26,108 nucleotides of DNA from a virus, in the IMG/VR virus record IMGVR_UViG_3300016476_000505, positions 1-26,108 of that record. The stretch is one strand, 5' to 3'. A program made the position numbers and the translations under genes. The notes under the pieces were generated by a model. The model saw nothing but the letters and a program-made list of their open reading frames with translations. It searched no databases and was not told the origin of the DNA. Shown here piece by piece: positions 17,893-24,908 of the stretch. Numbering within the stretch: the stretch's first letter is position 1; each line of letters begins with the position of its first letter.

Positions 17893-20628
17893 TTATTCCC
17901 AACCGTATGCTGACTTGGTTTCGTCCGTTGCTTTGTAGTTGGTTGGATACTCTGGGTTTGGCTTGTACAACAATCCAACGGAAACCATGTACTCGCAAGC
18001 CGCAAACAATTCATCTAACGTTGGCATTGGCTTGATTGCGTAGCGCATCGTATTTGGAGTAGCGTGTGGGCGTTGCTTGTGGCTCGTCCACTTGCAGATG
18101 TGTGGAATAAGTTCTTTAATGCGTTCCTCGCTGACCGTTGGCATTACTGATTGTTCTGGTGTCTTCTCTGGTTCGGGCGTTGTGTGTGTCATTGTTTCCT
18201 CTTCTTCTGATTCTGGTTCGTTATCCGAAAGTTCGTTTTCCGTAAGCAATCGGTAACCAAGATAGCACTTGTTATCCGTACCACCTGTTACTTTGTAATC
18301 CTTGCCGTGGATTTCACGAATCTTATCGCCGATTTTGTTCTTCACTTTTTGAGCGTCCATGTCATTGTCAATGCCTTCTGCATACAACCACGACTTCCAC
18401 GCATCGTACACTTTATTCTTGTTGACAAACCCCATACCAACGTATCGCATACGTTCTTTGATAAAACGCCCAACCACGTCTTCTTCATCAACGTACTGCT
18501 GGGTAGCGTCATCCACTGCACGACACTTGGGAAGCCCCTCTTTGTACCATGCAATCGCACCCTCAACTGCCCAAGCCAAGATACCCTCCAATTCATCGTC
18601 AAAGTTCTGAATCATGACTTCTTGCGGTATCATGTCTTCTTTCTTGAACGTGACATTGAACGGAATCATTTTGATACGTCGCCAAAAGCCGTGGTTTGAC
18701 TCTTTGACACGCAATTTGTCATTGGCACTTACCCACATTTTGAAACGGGGAGTAAACGAAATTGGTTCTGCATTGAGCGTTCGGACTTTAATGCTTTCAC
18801 CGCCCGTCAAGTCTTTTACCAATGACTCCTTAAACGACTTCTTCAAATCTGGTTCGGTAACAGCGACCATACGCTTGTCAACAAGTTGGGTGATAAATGG
18901 TTGTGGTTTTGAGCCGTCCATTGGTTGCGACAGGATTACTTCAGCGTCAATTTTGTCATAGTAACGACCCTGACCCAACAAGCGTTGCATCATCGTGTTG
19001 AAGATACTCTTACCGTTCGCACCCGTACCGTACATGTAGAACAAGCATTGTGAACGGGTTGACCCTGTAAGGGTATATCCGATAGCGTGCTTAACGAACC
19101 GAATCAGTTCGCTGTCACCTGCGAATATGTCATTCATAAACTTGTCTAGGAACGTATGCTTGGCTTCTGGGGTATAGTTAATGTCAAGCATCTTGGTAAA
19201 CAGATAGGTGCGATTGTGTGGCAACAACTTCCCTGTTTGCAAGTCCACCACCCCGTTCTTTACACACAACAAGTCAATATGTTGGTTGAAATCGGTGGTC
19301 TTCACTTGGATAGCAGGGGTGGACTTAATCATCTTCACGATTGGCGAAATCTTGACTATGTTCAAATAGTTCGTGACAATCTTCAACAACTTTGGTGATG
19401 CAATCGAATTAGCGTATGCAACCAAGTCGTTGACGATTTCCATATACCGTTCCATAATGATGGTAATGTCATTGCGGTTCCCCTCTTTCCAAACCTTGCC
19501 GTCCCATAGCAGGAACATGTCTAGGTTTTGGTCGTACCGCAAGTTATCATTGAAGTTACGAATCACATACCCTGAAAAGTACGCATCGGTAAAAAACTCT
19601 GCATAGTATTCAGTTTCCAACCATTGCCGTTCGTTACTATCCATCATGCCACCAACCGTTGGTTCACTTGCAATTTGTTCAATGGTACGTGGCAATTCTT
19701 GGTTGGCAGCATCTTTCTTTGGTGTTGATGGTTTTTGCGGTGTTGCCAATGGTTTCTCTTTCATTGGTGGCAGTTCCAATGGATTTCGCAACCCATTTTC
19801 GAACCCCCATATAATCACGTTCATTTCCTTACGCTGTGCGCCTTTGGCTGGAATGTTGGCATTGTACAAACGGCGTATAATGTCATCTTCATCTACCCGT
19901 GATAACCCTGCGTTCATTACCGCTTGAGCATATCCACCAACAACCCGTGCATTGGCACGTCTGGTATCGTGTCGGTTGCTATTCCCTGCCATTGCGATAT
20001 TGTGAACCGCATCTTGGATTTTGTTTTCCAAGAAGCGTTCCAACCACAACGTGTTATACCCCGTGGTTTGGGCGTTTGCCACCACCGCCCGTACTGATTG
20101 CGTTGGTGTTGGTTTCGGGAATGACTTTAGTACATCGTCTAGTTCTGCATCACGTTCTTCAATGGTAAGTGGTGAATTAGCGATAGTGTTGCCCGTGATA
20201 GTGAAATACCGATGGGTGTTGTAGACTTCCATATCCAAGTCATCTGCGATTGGGAAGCGACCTGTTTCACTTGGAGTGCCAATCAGCAGGATATGAATAC
20301 CATTGCCACTAGGGGAAAACTCTGTATAGGAATTGATGTGGTTTATGATGCGTGATACTCTGGCATCAATAACCCCGTCTGCCACACAATGGTCAAAGTC
20401 CAAACCGACAATCCCTGATTCAATGTCGAATTGAAAACCAATGCCATTGAAGCCACGGGCGTTGACGCATTCCTCGTATGTTGACCACGTTGACTTATCG
20501 TTTGACTTGGCAGGCAACCCATTTGGCTGATACGGTGTTTTGTCTAACTTCCCATCCTTATACCCACGACCCCAACATACCCAATTTTTGTACGATTTCA
20601 AAAGTTCCATAGCAGGTAGATTTTCCAT
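17893..20628 (-). CDS. Bifunctional primase-polymerase (prim-pol) fused to a D5_N/P4-type SF3 helicase
   Basis: N-terminal 'WVCW...KTPYQPNG...GIGFQF...VGLDFDHC' is prim-pol-like. Walker A 'YGTGANGKS' and Walker B-like 'RMVAVTEPD' indicate a phage/plasmid P4-family helicase. Start at ATG 20628 with 'aaggagtatcacATG'. The track's extra 17 aa cover the promoter. Confidence 0.9.
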   Translation of the reverse strand: MENLPAMELLKSYKNWVCWGRGYKDGKLDKTPYQPNGLPAKSNDKSTWSTYEECVNARGFNGIGFQFDIESGIVGLDFDHCVADGVIDARVSRIINHINSYTEFSPSGNGIHILLIGTPSETGRFPIADDLDMEVYNTHRYFTITGNTIANSPLTIEERDAELDDVLKSFPKPTPTQSVRAVVANAQTTGYNTLWLERFLENKIQDAVHNIAMAGNSNRHDTRRANARVVGGYAQAVMNAGLSRVDEDDIIRRLYNANIPAKGAQRKEMNVIIWGFENGLRNPLELPPMKEKPLATPQKPSTPKKDAANQELPRTIEQIASEPTVGGMMDSNERQWLETEYYAEFFTDAYFSGYVIRNFNDNLRYDQNLDMFLLWDGKVWKEGNRNDITIIMERYMEIVNDLVAYANSIASPKLLKIVTNYLNIVKISPIVKMIKSTPAIQVKTTDFNQHIDLLCVKNGVVDLQTGKLLPHNRTYLFTKMLDINYTPEAKHTFLDKFMNDIFAGDSELIRFVKHAIGYTLTGSTRSQCLFYMYGTGANGKSIFNTMMQRLLGQGRYYDKIDAEVILSQPMDGSKPQPFITQLVDKRMVAVTEPDLKKSFKESLVKDLTGGESIKVRTLNAEPISFTPRFKMWVSANDKLRVKESNHGFWRRIKMIPFNVTFKKEDMIPQEVMIQNFDDELEGILAWAVEGAIAWYKEGLPKCRAVDDATQQYVDEEDVVGRFIKERMRYVGMGFVNKNKVYDAWKSWLYAEGIDNDMDAQKVKNKIGDKIREIHGKDYKVTGGTDNKCYLGYRLLTENELSDNEPESEEEETMTHTTPEPEKTPEQSVMPTVSEERIKELIPHICKWTSHKQRPHATPNTMRYAIKPMPTLDELFAACEYMVSVGLLYKPNPEYPTNYKATDETKSAYGWE

Positions 20629-20656
20629 GTGATACTCCTTTACTAGTACTATTGGT

Positions 20657-20686
20657 ATTGTACCATAGTTCTTTCCCATTAGTCAA
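20657..20686 (-). promoter_or_regulatory. Sigma70-type middle promoter for the primase-helicase operon
   Basis: The minus strand reads TTGACT-N18-TACAAT with a TG extended -10 ('tggtacaat'), about 30 nt upstream of the RBS. Confidence 0.6.
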
Positions 20687-20691
20687 TAGGC

Positions 20692-20727
20692 GGAATACCC
20701 CTACCACATTGGCAGTAGGGGTATTCC
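20692..20727 (-). terminator. Perfect 13-bp hairpin after the 270-aa gene (putative terminator/attenuator or processing site)
   Basis: GGAATACCCCTAC-N10-GTAGGGGTATTCC, immediately followed on the minus strand by the promoter -35. No U-tract. Confidence 0.5.
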
Positions 20728-20735
20728 AAATGATT

Positions 20736-21548
20736 CTAGAACATATCGTCTTCGTTGTCTTGGATTGCAATAGGAATGTTCTTTGCTGGTGGTGTTGATT
20801 GTGGTGATTGCGCTGATGGTGCATCGGTGGTACGGGTTTGCAACCGCCACTCCCCGTGGTCTTTCCACGCCTGATGGCACTTTTCAAGCATATCCTTGCC
20901 AACATACAACTTTAGTGCGGTTTCACGGGTAACAGGTTCACCGATTGCCAACACGGGTGGTGTAACAAACGAACCGTACTTGGTTTCCTGATATTCTACA
21001 CGACCATTTTTCTTGGCGCAAGAAATTGGAATCCAAAATGAAAATGGTGGAAGTTTCGCACCCTTTTTCATGGTCTTCTTGGCTTCTGCCATAACGGAAT
21101 CCGCAAACATGGCAAACACGCCCGTGGTCTTCCCTGTCAACGCCTTGCCCGTAAGACCCTTTACCGCAAGAATAACCAACCCGTCATACCCCTGCATAAA
21201 GCAAAGGATTTCGGTATACAGACTTGCACCATCTTCCCATTTATCCAACCACACTTTGCGTTTGCGGTCGTTGGCATCACGGTGGAACGCCTGATACCGC
21301 TTACGAATAGGAATGATGCTCAACTTTTCAGTCACATACCCGTCACCGTCTTGGAAGCGTTGCACTTTTGTCCACGGTGCGCCCAATGGAGTGTCGAACT
21401 CGTTCTCTGACGTGTAGAAGTGTCCTGCTGTGCCTGCCTGCTTAACCCCGTTGAACCACCAAATACGTGGATAACCCTGATACCCTACCTGCTCGTCGTC
21501 TTGGAAGTCGAAATCGTTCAACCCGTTGAAATCTTCGTTGTATGTCAT
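20736..21548 (-). CDS. Hypothetical protein, possibly ssDNA-binding (SSB-like acidic C-terminal tip)
   Basis: RBS 'aaggagtaatgcaATG'. A Pro/Ser/Thr/Gln-rich linker is followed by the terminal '...QDNEDDMF'. The fold was not recognised. Confidence 0.35.
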   Translation of the reverse strand: MTYNEDFNGLNDFDFQDDEQVGYQGYPRIWWFNGVKQAGTAGHFYTSENEFDTPLGAPWTKVQRFQDGDGYVTEKLSIIPIRKRYQAFHRDANDRKRKVWLDKWEDGASLYTEILCFMQGYDGLVILAVKGLTGKALTGKTTGVFAMFADSVMAEAKKTMKKGAKLPPFSFWIPISCAKKNGRVEYQETKYGSFVTPPVLAIGEPVTRETALKLYVGKDMLEKCHQAWKDHGEWRLQTRTTDAPSAQSPQSTPPAKNIPIAIQDNEDDMF

Positions 21549-21574
21549 TGCATTACTCCTTATTGTTCTCGTTA

Positions 21575-21826
21575 TTACTGTTGCTTGGCTGATTCTTCTG
21601 CTTGGGCTTTTTCCAACATGGTTTCGGTGATTGCACGTTGCGCCTGTTGACGTTCGTACTCTGTTGCGCTATCCAACAGCAGATTAGTAATCAGTTGCCC
21701 GATTGTTACTGCATGTCCCTTAAGCGACATTGACGAAATGCGTTGGCGCATAATCATGTGCGCTTCTGACGAAAGCAGCATATACGTTGGAACTTGCTTA
21801 AGGCGGTCTAGGTTCTTTCTTGCCAT
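21575..21826 (-). CDS. Hypothetical protein, possible ribbon-helix-helix DNA-binding protein
   Basis: RBS 'aaggagtagccaccATG'. 'KQVPTYMLLSSEAHMIMRQRIS...AVTIGQLITNLL' fits a strand-helix-helix pattern. The C-terminus is a Gln/Glu-rich helix. Confidence 0.3.
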   Translation of the reverse strand: MARKNLDRLKQVPTYMLLSSEAHMIMRQRISSMSLKGHAVTIGQLITNLLLDSATEYERQQAQRAITETMLEKAQAEESAKQQ

Positions 21827-21831
21827 GGTGG

Positions 21832-22050
21832 CTACTCCTTATTATAAACTAAATTGTCATCAACGATTGCCAAATGTCCCATACCAACAACGTGTAACTT
21901 TTGCTCTGGAAGTGTTGCGATAATTTCCCGTATTTCTTTCCATTGCCCGTTCGCAAGTTCTTGAAAGAACTTTGATTCAGTTACCGCAATCTCCCATACT
22001 CCCAACATCTCGTACAACATCTGTTGCATCCGAACTTCTTCATTGGTCAT
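21832..22050 (-). CDS. Hypothetical protein (72 aa)
   Basis: Tightly packed in the early operon, overlapping the upstream gene by 11 nt. No motif recognised. Confidence 0.45.
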   Translation of the reverse strand: MTNEEVRMQQMLYEMLGVWEIAVTESKFFQELANGQWKEIREIIATLPEQKLHVVGMGHLAIVDDNLVYNKE

Positions 22051-22675
22051 AATTCCTCTTTTCTAGCATCGTAATCAAACGTTCGATTTTACTCTCAATG
22101 CTCAATAGCACTGCATGATTGTCTTTGGATTGGTGATTCAACGATTTCCGTGGGTTTGGTAAGTCAACGACTTTGAACTCGTATACCATATGTTTGGCAT
22201 TTGGATTCTTACCCGTGGCAACCATCGCTTGTTCAATCAGTGAATAGTCTACCCGTAATTGGAACATTTTCCATATTGGGAGTCCAATTCCGTTCTGAAA
22301 TGAACTAGACATCGCAACGTCTTTCAATACCCCGATAAGTTGGTCTGCCGCCAATGGTCGCTTATCGTACTCTGTAAGCATTGATACGCCACCACTGTGT
22401 CCGCAATACTGTCCGTGACGGAACTTATTGTCAATAAGTTGGCATTGGTGATACGCAAAAAGCGTTTGCATTACCACTTCGTTCTTACTGCCATACTCCC
22501 AACCAACGTTGAACTTTGATTCATGCAACAAGTAGTGTGGCTTCCAATCTACGAACAGCGTGACAATCTGTGGTTCGTTGCTGAAATAAGGCTTGCAATC
22601 AACGCTGATACGCATCCAAGTGTCTTCTATCCGTACTTCGGTATCGCCTCTATACATCGCAATTCTCCTATTCAA
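22040..22675 (-). CDS. Hypothetical early protein (211 aa)
   Basis: Long ORF with codon usage like its neighbours and an 8-nt overlap with the upstream gene. No motif recognised. Confidence 0.55.
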   Translation of the reverse strand: MNRRIAMYRGDTEVRIEDTWMRISVDCKPYFSNEPQIVTLFVDWKPHYLLHESKFNVGWEYGSKNEVVMQTLFAYHQCQLIDNKFRHGQYCGHSGGVSMLTEYDKRPLAADQLIGVLKDVAMSSSFQNGIGLPIWKMFQLRVDYSLIEQAMVATGKNPNAKHMVYEFKVVDLPNPRKSLNHQSKDNHAVLLSIESKIERLITMLEKRNYDQ

Positions 22676-23093
22676 ACACTACTTGGTTGGGGTGTTCTGC
22701 ATCCAACAAGTACGCAATGTGGATTTGGGCTTCTTCAACATCATCGCACCATGTGTGGTGTACGATTGCGTCATCCTCATTGCCAATGGTGTACTTGGCA
22801 GATTCAATAATCAATTCCTCAAACTCGTAGGTCTTAAGCAGCCGAACTTCGTGGACTTGGTCTTCATTCTTGACTTCGGTGTACTTCCAACCAAGCATGG
22901 TTTCGTCTTCTTCGGTCTTCCATACCGTGCGCTCAAAGTAGTATTGGTTCGCATGGTCGTAACTACCACCCAAGCGTTGCAATTCTTTCATCAACTTAAT
23001 CCGTGTTGCCCGAAGTGAACTGCCAATGCGATTTACTAGGTTCTCAATGCGAAATGTTCCGTCATTCATCGTCTTCTCAAAATCTTCGCTCAT
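22668..23093 (-). CDS. Hypothetical early protein, first gene after the consensus promoter
   Basis: Start at ATG 23093 (GTG 23096 in the track). Acidic, 141 aa. No motif recognised. Confidence 0.55.
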   Translation of the reverse strand: MSEDFEKTMNDGTFRIENLVNRIGSSLRATRIKLMKELQRLGGSYDHANQYYFERTVWKTEEDETMLGWKYTEVKNEDQVHEVRLLKTYEFEELIIESAKYTIGNEDDAIVHHTWCDDVEEAQIHIAYLLDAEHPNQVVFE

Positions 23094-23151
23094 CACAAAC
23101 TCTCTTTCACTCTCATTGTTAGCGTAGGATAGATTTCTATCCTTACATGTA

Positions 23152-23180
23152 ATTATACATCTATTCTACGATACTGTCAA
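23152..23180 (-). promoter_or_regulatory. Early leftward promoter with perfect sigma70 consensus
   Basis: The minus strand reads TTGACA (23180..23175), a 17-nt spacer, then TATAAT (23157..23152). An AT-rich UP-like stretch lies upstream. A 7-bp hairpin, aggatag/ctatcct (23126..23143), lies at the predicted 5' end of the transcript. Confidence 0.75.
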
Positions 23181-23293
23181 TAGGATTGTTGCAATTTGTT
23201 TTACGAATATTGAAATCCGCGCGCCCCGCGACCGCCGACCGAACCGCGAACGTCGTCTAGCAGTAGGCAGCACTCTTTCTGCTACCATGAAGT

Positions 23294-23569
23294 GAATTAA
23301 GGGCTTACTTAATTCCATTATTTGGCTTCCTATTGCGGTAAATGACACTTAATTAGGGAATTAAGGGTGCAATTAAATCAGATTTATTTTCACAACTATT
23401 GTATATACACCAATGTAAAACATTATTTTTAAAATTACGATTCATTACTATATTGCCTTAATTCCTTAATTAAGATAGTAATATAAGTGATTAGGAAGCC
23501 AAATACCGCAATTAAGGGTTGAATTAAGATTGGGAATTAAGGCTTAATCCAATGAAGCCCCTTAATCCC
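23294..23569. repeat. Array of AATTAAG/CTTAATT sites: 10 exact and 3 degenerate copies in both orientations
   Basis: Exact AATTAAG starts at 23295, 23359, 23468, 23510, 23522 and 23535. Exact CTTAATT starts at 23308, 23348, 23457 and 23465. Degenerate copies are at 23371, 23543 and 23561. The array includes the 10-bp palindrome CTTAATTAAG at 23465..23474. Confidence 0.85.
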
Positions 23570-23631
23570 AAGCACCCCTTATACCGCTGGAAATACCCCG
23601 TAATCGTACCTGAAATCGTGGTTTTGGCTAG

Positions 23632-23785
23632 TTGACATAATAATTATTCATTACAGCGGTTTTATTATGTCAATCAAAAATCATGATTATGTCAACTAAA
23701 ACCATTTTATGTCAAGCAGATTTCGTATTATGTCAAGCAAAGTGGCACTTTTTATTATGTAAATCTGTATCTGTGATTATGTCAA
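23632..23785. repeat. Iteron array: TTATGTCAA with 5 exact direct copies, 1 degenerate direct copy and 1 exact inverted copy
   Basis: The inverted TTGACATAA is at 23632..23640. Direct copies start at 23665, 23687, 23707, 23728, 23755 (TTATGTAAA) and 23777. Start-to-start spacings are 22, 20, 21, 27 and 22 nt. Confidence 0.9.
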
Positions 23786-23807
23786 CACTTGCACTACAGG
23801 GTATAAT
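23779..23807 (+). promoter_or_regulatory. Putative rightward (late/lysis) promoter
   Basis: ATGTCA (4/6 match to TTGACA, inside the last iteron), a 17-nt spacer, then perfect TATAAT (23802..23807). It lies about 90 nt upstream of the endolysin gene. Confidence 0.5.
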
Positions 23808-23897
23808 AAGAGTAGAGGATAGTGTAAACCCCACGTACATTTCCTCAATGTAGTGGTCTACCACTGATGGATGGTTCGAAGACTAGTACCGTGACAC

Positions 23898-24461
23898 ATG
23901 GGGTGTGTGCGTATGGCATTTTTGTCGCAAATTGAACAATGGCGAACTGTTGATGCGTTCAACAATCACCTACTGCAACACGCCCCCGTGGTGTCTTCTT
24001 GGGCAACAGGTGTGGTAATTCACCATACGTGGAAACCAACGCCTGCGCAATGGCGTGGCAAGTCTACGATGAATGCGATTCAACAGTACTACATGAATAA
24101 GAAACCTGTATGGAACGCCGCACCACACTTGTTTATCGTGAGTGGCTCACCTGATGCGTCTAATGATGGTATATGGCAAATGACACCGCTCAACGAGCGT
24201 GGGATTCACGCTGGTGCATGGAATAGCACCCATTGGGGTATCGAAGTGGTTGGCAACTATGATGCTGAATCGTGGTCGCCTGCTACCCGTGCATTGGTCT
24301 ATGGCGCAATCACATCACTATTCCGTTGGCGGTCAATTCCCTACAACCGCTTTGCAATTATTGGACATCGTGAAACAGGTTCAAAGAAGACTTGCCCTGG
24401 TAAGTGCATAGATATGAATCAGATTCGTGGTGATATGCAACAGATTCTTGGTGGTGCATAA
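23898..24461 (+). CDS. N-acetylmuramoyl-L-alanine amidase endolysin (Amidase_2 / T7-lysozyme-like)
   Basis: 'VVIHHTW', 'HAGAWNSTHWGIEVVGNYD' and 'IIGHRETGSKKTCPG' provide the His/His/Cys zinc ligand context. ATG 23913 is an alternative start. Confidence 0.85.
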   Translation: MGCVRMAFLSQIEQWRTVDAFNNHLLQHAPVVSSWATGVVIHHTWKPTPAQWRGKSTMNAIQQYYMNKKPVWNAAPHLFIVSGSPDASNDGIWQMTPLNERGIHAGAWNSTHWGIEVVGNYDAESWSPATRALVYGAITSLFRWRSIPYNRFAIIGHRETGSKKTCPGKCIDMNQIRGDMQQILGGA

Positions 24462-24491
24462 CCACAGCTTGAAAGACCAAAGGAGAAATCG

Positions 24492-24719
24492 TTGGTGGCA
24501 AGTGAAGTACATGACATTGCTATTGGTATGGCAGAATTAAAAGCGACTATGATTCAACGACTAGATGACATTGTGCGACGCATTGACAACTACGAACGGC
24601 GCAATGACAAACTAGCAGAGGAAGTAGACAAACTGAAAACACAAGTCAACTTGTGGAAAGGCGGTCTACTTGCACTCTCACTGATTTATCCGATAGCAGT
24701 GAAATACTTTTTACCGTAG
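24492..24719 (+). CDS. Small coiled-coil protein with a C-terminal transmembrane anchor (lysis accessory?)
   Basis: AGGAG lies 6-9 nt upstream of the TTG/GTG start. Heptad-like 'LDDIVRRIDNYERRNDKLAEEVDKLKTQV' is followed by the hydrophobic 'GGLLALSLIYPIAVKYFL'. Confidence 0.5.
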   Translation: MVASEVHDIAIGMAELKATMIQRLDDIVRRIDNYERRNDKLAEEVDKLKTQVNLWKGGLLALSLIYPIAVKYFLP

Positions 24720-24729
24720 GAGTAACCCA

Positions 24730-24906
24730 ATGAAGAAGTGGTATCAAAGTAAGACGTTGTGGTTCAATGTGTTGACCCTGTTGGCTATGGTGCTGGCAAC
24801 GGTGGCAGGGTGGCAGGAAGTAGAAGACTATGCGAACTACCTGCTGTATGCTGTCAACGTAATCAACATTATCTTGCGATTTATGACAGTGAATGGGATT
24901 AAGTAA
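24730..24906 (+). CDS. Putative holin, 58 aa with two predicted transmembrane helices (below the ORF-track size cutoff)
   Basis: My own translation is MKKWYQSKTLWFNVLTLLAMVLATVAGWQEVEDYANYLLYAVNVINIILRFMTVNGIK. GGAG lies upstream. It fills the gap between flanking genes exactly and is adjacent to the endolysin. Confidence 0.6.
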   Translation: MKKWYQSKTLWFNVLTLLAMVLATVAGWQEVEDYANYLLYAVNVINIILRFMTVNGIK

Positions 24907-24908
24907 AT

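Noticed and set aside
20629-20679. N-terminal extensions of track ORFs: primase to 20679, thyX to 16306, zinc-ribbon protein to 17873
   Set aside because: Each extension lacks an RBS and runs through a promoter, an upstream gene or a hairpin. Internal ATGs with AGGAG at 5-7 nt are far better starts.
23200-23290. tRNA gene or tRNA-derived attP core in the GC-rich island
   Set aside because: I could not fold a cloverleaf. There is no T-arm with complementary stems around 'GGTTCGG' and no acceptor pairing. No integrase is present anywhere in the genome.
23166-23348. Track ORF of 60 aa on the minus strand in the control region
   Set aside because: It spans the GC island (giving an Arg-rich stretch), the promoter and the repeat sites. 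It has no RBS, and it would start upstream of and read through the early promoter. Most likely a non-coding artefact.
23552-23635. 27-codon ATG ORF (MKPLNPKHPLYRWKYP...) inside the repeat region
   Set aside because: It has no RBS and overlaps binding-site repeats. It is too short to support without expression data.
23294-23785. CRISPR array
   Set aside because: The repeats are only 7-9 nt, occur in both orientations, and have 11-20 nt irregular spacers. There are no cas genes. The region behaves like protein-binding site arrays.
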